Sequence record: SRR22947725_1507
Direction: 5' to 3' (one strand)
DNA: 47,989 nt
Part shown: in pieces, positions 11,009-21,639 of the stretch
How the letters are laid out: the number at the start of each line of letters is the position of its first letter
How positions within the stretch are numbered: the stretch's first letter is position 1
Position numbers and translations under genes: made by a program
The notes under the pieces: model-generated
What the model saw: only the letters and a program-made list of their open reading frames with translations
Told to the model about the DNA's origin: nothing
Databases searched by the model: none

Positions 11009-13639
11009 TTAAAGTTGTTTGTCTCTCTCTCTTCTTTTCTCGTATTTCAAATCACGTAGCATCCCCGATTTTATCCCTATGAAAAAAAACCAAGATTCAC
11101 GATTTCCAAATGGCGTCCATGCAATGTTCATAGTCCAACTATCAAGGTCTCTGTCAATACCCAAGTTTGTATAGGTTACCCCTTTATTTTTAAAATCATA
11201 TCCTGAAGAAACATTTACTTTCCATTTAGGTGTTAATGAAACATTTGCAGATGCCATTAGTGAATTGTTTGCTATCTCTTGTTGTTGTTTTGAGTTAGCG
11301 TAAGTTAAGCTATGTCTTAGATTTATTGACCAAGGAATCTTGGTTCGATATAAACTTGTGTTTTCTTCAGATTTTGATTCCTTTTCATCTTTTACTCCAT
11401 TCGATCCATACCCGCCACTATTCTCATCTAGACCTAAGACGTTTCTATTCATCCCTGGAATTGCGCCATTATTATCGTCATTATCTTCAGAAGAATTATT
11501 TCCAGAGTTGCTAAACGTATATCCCCAATTGAAATTTGCACTTGTCATTCTAAACAGCGGCCCACCATTGTCTATATTAAAGGTGTTGATTCTTTTGTTG
11601 TCTTTGTCTAGCGCATAGGGGTCAAAAGTCGCACCGAGATTAATATTTAATTTGTCTAAAACAGGAATGACTGTGCTCATTCTTACAGGGCTCCAACGCA
11701 GTGAATCAGCGGTAATATTATAGTTGGTAGAGAAATTAAGGTTGTTAAGGATTTTTATTTTTTTCAATTCTGTAGCCGTAGAATCCTTGTCTTTTACTTT
11801 TGCTTCTAAGCTATTCCGTAGGGTAAAGCCTAATGAACTAGATTTCCTGTTTCCAGGCTGCCCAAACAAACCACCTTGAAAACGGGAATAATCCCTTGTA
11901 TTGCCTTCTGCATCAATAATATATTCATCGTAGTATTGTTCAAAACTGGGGCTGTTGCTGTAGTTAACATTGGCATTTACAACATGACGTATGCTTTGAA
12001 TTTTTTTATCTTCCTTAAAATTAAACACACCATACAGCGTTGTTGCTACTCCAGCACTTAAATTATATTGGGCAAACCTGTCGAACCCACGTATAGTATC
12101 TTGTTCAGGCAATGTCTCCAGTAGGGGATCATAATCGTTTTTCTTTATGGTTTCATTGGTCCATGTTTCATTATAATTTCCACCTAAATTAAAGTTAAAA
12201 TGCTTTGCGATTTTAAAGTTTGTTGAAATTGGGATACTGTGTTTTATTCCTGATTTGGCTCCATAAAACAACCCTTTTTCGCTAATGATTTCATCCGTTG
12301 TGTTTATTCTATTATCTCCGCGCATGGTATATTGGAAGTTAATGTTTTGAAACGCTCCTTTTTTAATCCCGTTTCTTTTTACGAACGGAAATATACGCTC
12401 CATGTTAGCGGTTAACGATGGAAGAGTCATGCTAACGGTTTTTGCACGGGTGTTTTGGCTATGTGTTGCAGACATTGAAAGGTTAACAGAAGGGTATTTT
12501 GGGAATGTCTTGGAGTACGAAATCGATGAACTAAGGGTGTTGTTTAAAAAGTTTGTTGTGTTAATTTGATTGAGAGATTCTCTAAAATAATTACTTGTTC
12601 CCAAATTCACAGAAGCAGAAAAACGGCTATTCGGATTAGATTTGCTGTCTTTACTATGCGACCACCTTAAATTGAATATCGTTGATTTTCCATAGCCAGG
12701 AAGGCCACGCTCCCCATTAATTAAATTCTCATATCGAAAACCAAGGTTTCCACGGTACTTATATCGTTTGTTATAGTTGTTTTCGACTCTAAATCCATAG
12801 CTGCCATTGGTGTAATAATCTCCGAGAACGGCAACATCCAAATTATCACTCAATACAAAGTAGTATCCTCCATTTTGTAAAAAATACCCACGATTAAAGT
12901 TTTCTCCGATTGTAGGGAATAAAAAACCTGTTGCACGATTTTGTGTCATTGGAAAGTATGCAAATGGCAAAAACAGTGGGGTGGGGACATCAGCGATGTA
13001 TAAATTACTAAGCCCTGCAATCATTTTTCGTTTTGGGACAAACTTGGCCGTTCGTATTCGAATATAATATTCTGGGTTATCTATGTCTTCGGCTGTTGTG
13101 ATTTTGGCATTTCGCAAGTAATAAACCGAGTCGTTTTGTTTTTTAGTAGCTGCAGCTTTTACATTCATACCCTGCTGCTCACTTCTTGAATTCCAAATAA
13201 TTGCTTTTTTTGTTTCAAAATTAAATCGGATGGAATCTGGAAATACTTCATCTCCACCTTGCTTGAAAGAAGGAGGCTGCACCAATACGCCTAAAGAGTC
13301 TTTAATACGACCCGCAGTCACCTCACTGGTGTTGTAGTCTAAAACAATAACCCCCGATTTGAGTTCTATGTCTTGATAATATAGTTCTGCACCATCATAC
13401 ATGTAGAGTTTGTTTTCTTTCCTGTCAACGACCATATAACCTTCGGCATGGCGTTTAATTTTATCAAGAAGTGTAGCGTCTTTTTTAGGAAGAGAATCTT
13501 GAGTCGCTAAAGGAATTGTATCTTGAATAATTGGAGATTCCTGTGCCACAGCCACAATTGTGGAAAACAAAATTATAAGGAGGCAGTGCGAAATAAAACG
13601 GATGCCAGAATATTGTGTTATTTTTGACAAGGACTTCAA
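11009..13639 (-). CDS. lptD: Putative LPS assembly outer-membrane protein (Bacteroidota LptD-like)
   Basis: Beta-jellyroll N-terminus, GFLFPT..GYFLQNGGYY, large beta-barrel and RDLDSW C-terminus. Start moved to TTG 13639 (or 13630) because a TATTTTTG -7 element sits at 13652-13659 on the minus strand. Confidence 0.8.
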   Translation of the reverse strand: MKSLSKITQYSGIRFISHCLLIILFSTIVAVAQESPIIQDTIPLATQDSLPKKDATLLDKIKRHAEGYMVVDRKENKLYMYDGAELYYQDIELKSGVIVLDYNTSEVTAGRIKDSLGVLVQPPSFKQGGDEVFPDSIRFNFETKKAIIWNSRSEQQGMNVKAAATKKQNDSVYYLRNAKITTAEDIDNPEYYIRIRTAKFVPKRKMIAGLSNLYIADVPTPLFLPFAYFPMTQNRATGFLFPTIGENFNRGYFLQNGGYYFVLSDNLDVAVLGDYYTNGSYGFRVENNYNKRYKYRGNLGFRYENLINGERGLPGYGKSTIFNLRWSHSKDSKSNPNSRFSASVNLGTSNYFRESLNQINTTNFLNNTLSSSISYSKTFPKYPSVNLSMSATHSQNTRAKTVSMTLPSLTANMERIFPFVKRNGIKKGAFQNINFQYTMRGDNRINTTDEIISEKGLFYGAKSGIKHSIPISTNFKIAKHFNFNLGGNYNETWTNETIKKNDYDPLLETLPEQDTIRGFDRFAQYNLSAGVATTLYGVFNFKEDKKIQSIRHVVNANVNYSNSPSFEQYYDEYIIDAEGNTRDYSRFQGGLFGQPGNRKSSSLGFTLRNSLEAKVKDKDSTATELKKIKILNNLNFSTNYNITADSLRWSPVRMSTVIPVLDKLNINLGATFDPYALDKDNKRINTFNIDNGGPLFRMTSANFNWGYTFSNSGNNSSEDNDDNNGAIPGMNRNVLGLDENSGGYGSNGVKDEKESKSEENTSLYRTKIPWSINLRHSLTYANSKQQQEIANNSLMASANVSLTPKWKVNVSSGYDFKNKGVTYTNLGIDRDLDSWTMNIAWTPFGNRESWFFFIGIKSGMLRDLKYEKRRERDKQL

Positions 13640-13676
13640 CTTGATAGACTCCAAAAATACACATATTTTATCCAGT

Positions 13677-14777
13677 ATGCACTTCATAATTCGTGTTTCG
13701 TTTTTTATAGCCTTCTGTACCTTGATTCCATGCAAACTGCATGCCCAAGGCAACAAACCATTTACAGTTGTTATTGATGCAGGACATGGAGGGAAAGATC
13801 CAGGGAATAGAGGTAATAATTATTTCGAAAAAAAAATAGTCCTCAATATTGCTTTAAAGACAGGAGATATACTTAAAAAACAAAAGGGTTTTAAAGTTGT
13901 ATATACACGTACCAAAGATGAATACATTACACTTAATGGCCGCGCTAACATAGCCAACAAGGCTAAAGCAGATCTTTTTGTATCCATTCACTGTGATGCA
14001 CATAATTCAAATGCATATGGAGCTGGAACGTTTGTTTTGGGCCTCCATCGAAATAAGGACAATTTTAGAATTGCCCAAAAAGAGAATGCTGTGATTTTCT
14101 TGGAAGACAATTATGAACAAGAATATGGTGGTTTTGATCCTAATAACCCCGAATCGGTAATAAGTTTAGTGCTCATGCAAGAAGATTATTTAAATCAGAG
14201 CATTGAAGTGGCGAATTACATTCAACAAAGCTTTGTTAAAAATTTAAAAAGGAAAAACAGAACAGTTAAACAAGCAGGATTTTTAGTACTTCGTAACACC
14301 TATATGCCTAGTGTTTTGGTAGAAACGGGCTTTTTAACAAATTCTAAAGAAGGGGCATATCTTAATTCTAGAAAAGGTCAAACTGAAATGAGTAATGCTA
14401 TTGCTAAGGCCGTTTTACGTTATAAGGCTTCTTTAGATGGAACCTTATCGGATGATACTGTCTTGGATGAAACTACAACTTCTAAAGTATCTTCTAATGA
14501 ACCCCAGACTCCTCAAACAGCCATTTCATATCGTATACAAATAGCTGCAAGTAAAAATAAAATCAAAACAGCGGCCTATAATTTTAAGGGGCTTTCTCCC
14601 ATAAGACGTGTGAAAAATGGAAGTTTATATCGCTACTATTTTGGCGATTTCACATCCTATAAACAAGCTGAAAACTCAATCAATAAGGTTGTTAAAAAAG
14701 GCTATCGAGGAGCATATATAAAGGCTTTTGATAATGAGAAAGGGATGTCAATAACTCCTGAAATGAAATCTAAATAA
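13677..14777 (+). CDS. N-acetylmuramoyl-L-alanine amidase (Amidase_3) with C-terminal SPOR-like domain
   Basis: VIDAGHGGKDPG, FVSIHCDA and SVLVETGF motifs; signal peptide from ATG 13677. Confidence 0.92.
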   Translation: MHFIIRVSFFIAFCTLIPCKLHAQGNKPFTVVIDAGHGGKDPGNRGNNYFEKKIVLNIALKTGDILKKQKGFKVVYTRTKDEYITLNGRANIANKAKADLFVSIHCDAHNSNAYGAGTFVLGLHRNKDNFRIAQKENAVIFLEDNYEQEYGGFDPNNPESVISLVLMQEDYLNQSIEVANYIQQSFVKNLKRKNRTVKQAGFLVLRNTYMPSVLVETGFLTNSKEGAYLNSRKGQTEMSNAIAKAVLRYKASLDGTLSDDTVLDETTTSKVSSNEPQTPQTAISYRIQIAASKNKIKTAAYNFKGLSPIRRVKNGSLYRYYFGDFTSYKQAENSINKVVKKGYRGAYIKAFDNEKGMSITPEMKSK

Positions 14778-14826
14778 GATATAGAAACTGCTTAAATAAT
14801 TCTTATTTTTGAACAAATTGCTCTTT

Positions 14827-15780
14827 GTGAAGCTTTCAAATGAAATAAAAACTGCGCTCCTCTTTATTTTTGGAATTAGTCTTTTCCTTATTGGTTTCAG
14901 TTACCTTAAATCAAACGATGTGTTTGTTTCTGACCGTATTTATTATGGCATCTATGACAATACTGAGGGACTGGTAAATGGAATACCCGTCACGATTAAT
15001 GGGTATCAGGTTGGTTCCGTTGAATCTAGTGAGTTGTTAATTCCTTCAGCTAAAATTTTAGTCACGTTTCGTGTAGAAAGTGATTTTCCATTTTCTACTT
15101 CAAGCATTGCTCAAATTTATGAGTCGGGCTTGATAGGGGGTAAGGCTTTAGCGATAATCCCTGATTTCTCCGATAAAACTATTGCTAAATCAGGAGATAC
15201 CTTACAAACTGATGTAGCCCCTGGTCTTACGGACTTGGTTAATGAGAAATTAACGCCGTTACAAGACAAGATTGAGAGTATGATTGTTCATGCCGATTCG
15301 GCACTTATTGCAATAAATAAAGTATTAGATACTCAACGTCAGGAGGCACTTCGATCCTCCATTGATCAATTTAACTTGACGGCTAAATCTCTAAGTACAC
15401 TTACAGCCTCTTTGAATTCTTCGTTAAACGATACTGATGGTTCGCTGTACAACACATTTTTATCCCTTGAACGCATTTCTTCAAATGCAGAAGCGATAAC
15501 AGATTCGTTGCAGCAAGCTCCACTTGCGGAAACCATTCTTTCTTTGGAACAAACAAGTAATGATTTAGCATCCATAACAGCCAAAATCAGCGCAGGCGAG
15601 GGGTCATTAGGCAAATTGATTTATAGTGACTCTCTTATAAATTCATTAAACCAAACTTCAAATCAAGCACAATTATTACTGGAAGATTTACGTCTCAACC
15701 CCAAGCGATACGTGCATTTTTCGATGTTTGGAAAAAAAAATAAGGCATACCAAGAACCTAGCAAATCTGAATATCAATGA
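14827..15780 (+). CDS. MlaD/MCE family protein
   Basis: N-terminal TM, VTINGYQVGSV MCE domain, coiled coil and DLRLNPKRYVHFS end. The -7 element at 14804-14811 favours GTG 14827. Confidence 0.88.
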   Translation: MKLSNEIKTALLFIFGISLFLIGFSYLKSNDVFVSDRIYYGIYDNTEGLVNGIPVTINGYQVGSVESSELLIPSAKILVTFRVESDFPFSTSSIAQIYESGLIGGKALAIIPDFSDKTIAKSGDTLQTDVAPGLTDLVNEKLTPLQDKIESMIVHADSALIAINKVLDTQRQEALRSSIDQFNLTAKSLSTLTASLNSSLNDTDGSLYNTFLSLERISSNAEAITDSLQQAPLAETILSLEQTSNDLASITAKISAGEGSLGKLIYSDSLINSLNQTSNQAQLLLEDLRLNPKRYVHFSMFGKKNKAYQEPSKSEYQ

Positions 15781-17099
15781 CTGCTTACATTCCAAATATT
15801 GCTTTTGCAGTGCTCTTTATTGTGTTGGTTGGTTTGTTTGTGCGAAATGTAAAACGCATTATTAGAAATATACGCCTCGGCACTCCTATAAATAGATCTG
15901 ATCAGCCTAAAAAGCGATGGATGCATATGGCGCGTATTGCGTTGGGTCAATCTAAGATGGTGAGCAAGCCAATTTCGGGTGCATTACATGTTATTGTGTA
16001 TGTTGGTTTCATTGTAATAAACATTGAGTTGCTTGAAATTGTTATAGATGGTTTCTTGGGCACCCACCGAGTTTTTGCTCCCTTTTTGGGATCATTTTAT
16101 GATGTGTTGATTTTTACATTCGAAATTTTTGCTTTGTTGGTTTTAATCAGTGTGTTTTTCTTTTGGACACGCCGTAATGTGATGCGTATTAAGCGTTTTT
16201 GGAAACCCGAAATGAAGGGATGGCCAAAATGGGATGCCGATATTATTCTTTATGCAGAAGTAGTATTGATGACCCTGTTTTTAACAATGAATGCTGCTGA
16301 TTTTTGGCTGCAGACTGTCGCACAAGATTCACAGTATTTGCGTGCAGGCAATTTCCCTGTTAGCCAATGGATTGTTCCGCTATTTGATGGAATGTCTGTG
16401 TCGCAAGTTATCAACCTAGAGAGGATTACATGGTGGCTTCATATCACAGGAATTCTATTGTTTTTAAATTACCTTTATTATTCTAAGCACCTACATATAA
16501 TATTGGCTTTTCCCAACACCTATTTTGCCAAACTTTCCCCGCAAGGGTCACTTCCTAACATGGAGGCTGTGACCAATGAAGTAAAACTAATGATGGATCC
16601 TTCTGCTGATCCCTACGCAGCTCCTGCAACGGACCCTAGCACTTTTGGAGCACAAGATGTTACTGATTTGAATTGGGTACAACTTATGAATGCATATTCA
16701 TGTACAGAGTGTGGTCGTTGTACAGACGAATGTCCGGCTAATCAGACAGGGAAAAGGTTGTCTCCACGAAAAATCATGATGGATACAAGAGATAGACTGA
16801 CTGAGGTAGGTGAATTTTTTAACAGAGGAGAAGAACCCAACAACAGTGTTCTTTTAGGAAATTATATTAGTAGAGAAGAATTATGGGCTTGCACAACGTG
16901 CAATGCCTGTGTAGAGGCCTGTCCAATTGCTATAGATCCGCTGTCCATTATTATGGATATGCGTCGTTATCTTGTAATGGAACAATCGGCAGCGCCAACC
17001 GAATTAAACACAATGATGTCCAATGTAGAAAACAACGGTGCTCCTTGGCCATTTAATCAACAAGACCGTACAGCCTGGCGCGAAGAATTAAAATCATAA
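15777..17099 (+). CDS. Membrane-anchored 2x[4Fe-4S] oxidoreductase subunit (FadF/HdrE-C-like)
   Basis: About 5 TM helices, then CTECGRCTDECP and CTTCNACVEACP. Confidence 0.88.
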   Translation: MTAYIPNIAFAVLFIVLVGLFVRNVKRIIRNIRLGTPINRSDQPKKRWMHMARIALGQSKMVSKPISGALHVIVYVGFIVINIELLEIVIDGFLGTHRVFAPFLGSFYDVLIFTFEIFALLVLISVFFFWTRRNVMRIKRFWKPEMKGWPKWDADIILYAEVVLMTLFLTMNAADFWLQTVAQDSQYLRAGNFPVSQWIVPLFDGMSVSQVINLERITWWLHITGILLFLNYLYYSKHLHIILAFPNTYFAKLSPQGSLPNMEAVTNEVKLMMDPSADPYAAPATDPSTFGAQDVTDLNWVQLMNAYSCTECGRCTDECPANQTGKRLSPRKIMMDTRDRLTEVGEFFNRGEEPNNSVLLGNYISREELWACTTCNACVEACPIAIDPLSIIMDMRRYLVMEQSAAPTELNTMMSNVENNGAPWPFNQQDRTAWREELKS

Positions 17100-17101
17100 T
17101 T

Positions 17102-17548
17102 ATGAACAAAGAAGATATGGAACAATTGCTAAAAGAAAAGCTTGAAGATGGTGAACATGTAAGCCCAGTACTTCCTGATGGTATCAAAAATTATTTAATT
17201 GATATTGATGGAACAATCTGTGATGACATTCCAAACGAAGAGCCAGAACGCATGGCAACAGCCGAAGTATATCCAGATGCCTTAAAAACACTAAACCGTT
17301 GGTTTGAGATGGGTCATATGATTTGTTTTTTTACGTCTCGAACTGAAGATCACCGTAAGGTAACAGAGGACTGGCTAAACCAAAATGGATTTAAATATCA
17401 TTCGTTGCTAATGGGAAAACCACGTGGTGGAAACTACCATTGGGTTGATAATCATTTGGTACGTGCCACACGTTACAACGGTAAGTTTACAGACTTGGTA
17501 GAGAAAGAAGTTACCATAGAGGTTTTTGACGATGGCCAACACGACTAA
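17102..17548 (+). CDS. Small capless HAD-superfamily phosphatase
   Basis: LIDIDGT motif I, FFTSR motif II, MGKP and WVDN. Confidence 0.8.
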   Translation: MNKEDMEQLLKEKLEDGEHVSPVLPDGIKNYLIDIDGTICDDIPNEEPERMATAEVYPDALKTLNRWFEMGHMICFFTSRTEDHRKVTEDWLNQNGFKYHSLLMGKPRGGNYHWVDNHLVRATRYNGKFTDLVEKEVTIEVFDDGQHD

Positions 17549-18326
17549 AAACATACCGACAATTTCTGAATTAGCAGCTGAGGGCAAACACCCCGAGGTG
17601 CTTTTTTGGGTTGGTTGCGCTGGAAGTTTTGATGAGCGAGCAAAGAAAATCACAAAGGCCTTTGCACAATTGCTTATTAATGCGAAGGTTTCTTTTGCTG
17701 TTTTGGGACCAGAAGAGAGTTGCACCGGAGATCCGGCAAAGCGTGCTGGAAATGAGTTTTTATTCCAAATGCAAGCAATGACTAACATAGAGGTTCTTAA
17801 TGGCTATAACGTTAAAAAAATAGTGACCACATGTCCTCATTGCTTTAATACCCTAAAAAATGAATATCCTGGTTTAGGCGGTAATTACGAAGTAGTACAC
17901 CATACGCAGTTTTTGAAACAACTCTTAGAAGAAGGAAAACTAACTGTAGCTGGAGGCGCCTTCAAGGGAAAGCGAATCACATTTCATGACCCTTGCTATT
18001 TAGGACGAGCAAATAATGAATATGAGGCTCCTCGTGCAGTTTTGGAGAAACTTGAAAGTGAACTTATTGAAATGAAAAGTTGTAAGGCAAAAGGACTATG
18101 TTGTGGTGCAGGTGGCGCACAAATGTTTAAGGATGCCGAGCAAGGAAAAAAAGAAATCAATATTGCCAGAACAGAACAAGCCTTAGATACAAACCCCGAT
18201 ATCATTGCTGCTGGATGTCCGTTTTGCAATACCATGATGACCGATGGTGTAAAAAATAAAGAGAAAGAAGGACGCATAGCTGTGATGGATATTGCTGAAC
18301 TTTTACAACAAGCCCAAGACTTATAA
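17532..18326 (+). CDS. CCG-domain Fe-S protein (HdrB/HdrD/GlpC-like)
   Basis: FWVGC, ESCTG, TTCPHC, HDPC, LCCGAGG and AGCPFC; ATG at 17532. Confidence 0.9.
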   Translation: MANTTKNIPTISELAAEGKHPEVLFWVGCAGSFDERAKKITKAFAQLLINAKVSFAVLGPEESCTGDPAKRAGNEFLFQMQAMTNIEVLNGYNVKKIVTTCPHCFNTLKNEYPGLGGNYEVVHHTQFLKQLLEEGKLTVAGGAFKGKRITFHDPCYLGRANNEYEAPRAVLEKLESELIEMKSCKAKGLCCGAGGAQMFKDAEQGKKEINIARTEQALDTNPDIIAAGCPFCNTMMTDGVKNKEKEGRIAVMDIAELLQQAQDL

Positions 18327-18327
18327 T

Positions 18328-18810
18328 ATGTTTATTCCTTTTGATACTCTTAGCGATGATGCGCGTATATGGATTTACCCGGCAAGCCGTCCTTTTAGCG
18401 CACAAGAACTCCCAGAAATATCTGAGAAAATTGAAACATTTCTAACACAATGGACTGCACATGGAGCCTCGCTAAAAGCAGGATTTATGATTCCATACAA
18501 GCGTTTTATTGTTTTCGGCTTGGATGAAACTGAACAGACAGCTACAGGCTGTTCCATTGATGCCTCTGTCCATTTTATACAATCTCTAGAACAGGAATAC
18601 GATCTTGTTCTACTTGATAAAATGAATGTTAGTTTTAAGCAAGGTGCCTATATAACCCATAAATCCTTGTTGGATTTTAAAACGCTAGTAAAGAAGAAAT
18701 CAATAACTGAAAACACTATTGTTTTTAATAACCTGGTGATTAATAAAGCAGAATTTACTTCACAGTGGGAGGTACCAGCTCATGAAAGTTGGCACGCTCG
18801 TTATTTTTAG
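18328..18810 (+). CDS. Conserved Bacteroidota hypothetical protein
   Basis: ARIWIY, WTAHG and TGCSID motifs; no Walker A motif; ATG 1 nt after the upstream stop. Confidence 0.75.
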   Translation: MFIPFDTLSDDARIWIYPASRPFSAQELPEISEKIETFLTQWTAHGASLKAGFMIPYKRFIVFGLDETEQTATGCSIDASVHFIQSLEQEYDLVLLDKMNVSFKQGAYITHKSLLDFKTLVKKKSITENTIVFNNLVINKAEFTSQWEVPAHESWHARYF

Positions 18811-18825
18811 CCTATTTTTATTGGT

Positions 18826-20433
18826 ATGATTCGTCCTCTTTTATGGATGTTGTTTTTTCTGCCATTATCTCTTTTGGCTCAGGAGCAGCGCATTTGTGTA
18901 GATAGCATTTATAATTCTCTAACACTTGATCAAAAAATTGGGCAGCTATTTATGATTATGGTTCATCCTGACCGGGATGCCGTAAAGCGTAAACAACACT
19001 TAGACCAAATTCAGCATCAGCACGTGGGTGCTATCGTGTTCTCAAAGGGAACCGCTGCGCAACAGCAGATAGATACTAAGGTTTATCAATATCACAGTGC
19101 AATCCCGTTGCTTGTTGGAGCAGATGCTGAATGGGGGATGGCAATGCGCCTTTCTGATGTCTCTCCTTATCCTTTTGCCATGACGCTTGGGGCATTGCCT
19201 CATGATGATCTTATTTATGCCTTAGGGAAGCGTATAGGTGAACGTAAACGGAATATGGGCGTACATGTTTCTTTTTCTCCAGTAGCGGATGTTAATATAA
19301 ACCCTGATAACCCAATTATAGGAGCTCGCTCTTTTGGAGACAATCCAGTACGTGTTTCAAAAAAGGCAATAGCCCTAATGGAAGGACTTCAGGATGCAGG
19401 TGTTTTGGCTGTTGCCAAACATTTTCCAGGACACGGAGCTTCAGGTAAAGATTCCCACAAAACTCTTGCTAAGATCAATCGCTCAAAAACCGCATTAGAT
19501 GCTGTTGAGTTGATTCCGTTTAAACAGCTTATTGAAAAAGGAGTAAAAGGAATTATGATAGGACACCTATCCGTGCCTGCATTAGAATCTAACACTTCTG
19601 TGCCCGTTTCTATTTCTAAAGCGGTTGTTTCAACGTTCTTAAAAAATAAAATGGGATTCGAAGGATTGGTGTTTACTGATGCCCTTAATATGTCGGGAAT
19701 AACTAATTATGTGAAGTATCCTTCGTTGTCTTGTTTTATGGCTGGGGCTGATGTGCTGGTAATGCCCGTAAACCTTAAGAAAGCCATTCAATCCATAAAA
19801 GATGCTTACTTGTCTGGAAGTATTTCATCAACACGACTTGAACATTCTGTTAAAAAAATCCTTGATGCTAAATACAACGCACAACTTTTTAAACAGCACC
19901 AAAAACCTCCATCTAGTGATGCACTAATGACTACCTTTTACGATCGCTATTTAAAAAAGCATATTGCAGAACAAAGTATTGTTTTAGTGCATGAAGACAA
20001 AAAGACTTTTCCCATTGAGGCTCGTTCAACTATTGGTTACATAGCAGTTGGTGCTCCAAACGACACCACTTTTATTAAGGAATTAAATAATTTCGGAATT
20101 GCCAGTCAACTCGCTTCGGATGAAGCAATAAATTTAATGGACGCGTATAAAACGATTGTCGTTGGCGTTTTTAAAGACACTACTAGCCCGTGGACAAAGC
20201 AATTAATAGATCAATCAGAAAGAAAAATCATTGACGATTTGTCCATGCATCCAAACATGCATGTTGTATTTTTTGGCAACTCATATGGATTATCTTGTAT
20301 AAGTCCTTTAGATCGATTCTCAAGTGTTATTCTGGCTCATGAGCAACAAGTTGCCTTTAAAAAAGCCGCAGCTAGAACTCTTTTTGGCAAGCTAAGTGCG
20401 ATTGGCACATTACCTATTAATGTCCAACAGTAA
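18826..20433 (+). CDS. GH3 beta-N-acetylglucosaminidase (NagZ-like), secreted
   Basis: Signal peptide, KHFPGHGxxxxDSH motif and FTDAL nucleophile. Confidence 0.85.
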   Translation: MIRPLLWMLFFLPLSLLAQEQRICVDSIYNSLTLDQKIGQLFMIMVHPDRDAVKRKQHLDQIQHQHVGAIVFSKGTAAQQQIDTKVYQYHSAIPLLVGADAEWGMAMRLSDVSPYPFAMTLGALPHDDLIYALGKRIGERKRNMGVHVSFSPVADVNINPDNPIIGARSFGDNPVRVSKKAIALMEGLQDAGVLAVAKHFPGHGASGKDSHKTLAKINRSKTALDAVELIPFKQLIEKGVKGIMIGHLSVPALESNTSVPVSISKAVVSTFLKNKMGFEGLVFTDALNMSGITNYVKYPSLSCFMAGADVLVMPVNLKKAIQSIKDAYLSGSISSTRLEHSVKKILDAKYNAQLFKQHQKPPSSDALMTTFYDRYLKKHIAEQSIVLVHEDKKTFPIEARSTIGYIAVGAPNDTTFIKELNNFGIASQLASDEAINLMDAYKTIVVGVFKDTTSPWTKQLIDQSERKIIDDLSMHPNMHVVFFGNSYGLSCISPLDRFSSVILAHEQQVAFKKAAARTLFGKLSAIGTLPINVQQ

Positions 20434-20464
20434 AAATCATGTTTTTTACTTCGTGTTTTTCTGA

Positions 20465-20472
20465 TACTTTTG
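20465..20472 (+). promoter_or_regulatory. -7 promoter element for bshA
   Basis: TACTTTTG matches TAnnTTTG, 45 nt upstream of the ATG. Confidence 0.55.
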
Positions 20473-20517
20473 CATCATGTTTTTGAATCACGATTCCCTT
20501 AATCTTAATCTATCACT

Positions 20518-21639
20518 ATGAAAATTGCGATTGTTTGCTATCCCACCTATGGTGGTAGTGGGGTAGTAGCTACCGAATTGGGTATTTCCCTAGCAGATCG
20601 AGGTCATGAGGTTCATTTTGTGAGCTACAAACAGCCTGTTCGACTCCAATCTTTGGCAGGAAATATTCACTTCCATGAAGTTCACGTACCCAAATACCCA
20701 TTATTTCATTTTCAGCCTTATGAGCTTGCCCTTTCAAGTCTCCTTGTGGAAATGGTTAAACTCCATCAAATCGAATTGTTACACGTGCACTATGCAATTC
20801 CCCATGCGTATGCAGCTTATATGGCTAAGCAAATGCTAAAAGAGGCAGGTATTGATATTCCAGTAGTAACAACCTTGCACGGATCTGATATAACACTTGT
20901 AGGGAACCATCCGTTTTATAAACCAGCGGTAACTTTTAGCATCAACAATTCAGATGTAGTTACGGCTGTTTCTAATGATCTACGTCACGATACGTTTAAC
21001 TTTTTTGATGTGCATAAAGAAATTCATGTAGTCCCCAATTTTATTAATGTTAAACGTTATGATAGAATTCGAGTAAACTGCGAGCGCTCTTCTGTTGCCA
21101 GTGATGATGAGTGTATCATTACTCACGTAAGTAACTTTCGCCCTGTAAAGCGGGTTTTGGATGTTGTAGAATCCTTTGCTCGAATTCGAGAAGCAATCCC
21201 AGCAAAATTGATGATGGTGGGAGATGGTCCAGATCGAATGGCAGCAGAGAAACGTTGTCGTGATTTAGGTATTTGGGATGATGTTATTTTTTATGGAAAA
21301 ACAGATGAAGTAAGTAAAATTTTATGCTTCTCTGACTTGCTACTTTTACCTTCGCAAACTGAGAGTTTTGGTCTGGCCGCTTTAGAAGCTATGGTAGCTG
21401 CTACTGCTGTTATTTCAACAAACACAGGTGGTCTTCCTGAAGTGAATATTCACGGGGAAACAGGTTATTTAACGGATGTTGGAGATGTAGAGGCCATGTC
21501 AAACTATGCCATTAAATTATTATCTGATAAAGCACTGCTGATAAGGATGAAAGAACAGGCCTATGCACATGCATGTATGTTTGATGTGGAAAAAATTGTT
21601 CCGTCATACGAAGCCTTATACAAAAAGGCGTTAGCGTAG
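20518..21639 (+). CDS. bshA: N-acetyl-alpha-D-glucosaminyl L-malate synthase
   Basis: [45 protein letters not shown] and [10 protein letters not shown] motifs. Confidence 0.95.
   Translation: MKIAIVCYPTYGGSGVVATELGISLADRGHEVHFVSYKQPVRLQSLAGNIHFHEVHVPKYPLFHFQPYELALSSLLVEMVKLHQIELLHVHYAIPHAYAAYMAKQMLKEAGIDIPVVTTLHGSDITLVGNHPFYKPAVTFSINNSDVVTAVSNDLRHDTFNFFDVHKEIHVVPNFINVKRYDRIRVNCERSSVASDDECIITHVSNFRPVKRVLDVVESFARIREAIPAKLMMVGDGPDRMAAEKRCRDLGIWDDVIFYGKTDEVSKILCFSDLLLLPSQTESFGLAALEAMVAATAVISTNTGGLPEVNIHGETGYLTDVGDVEAMSNYAIKLLSDKALLIRMKEQAYAHACMFDVEKIVPSYEALYKKALA

Noticed and set aside
13560-13756. Apparent head-to-head overlap of lptD and the amidase
   Set aside because: Artefact of longest-ORF calling; signal peptides and the -7 element give non-overlapping starts.
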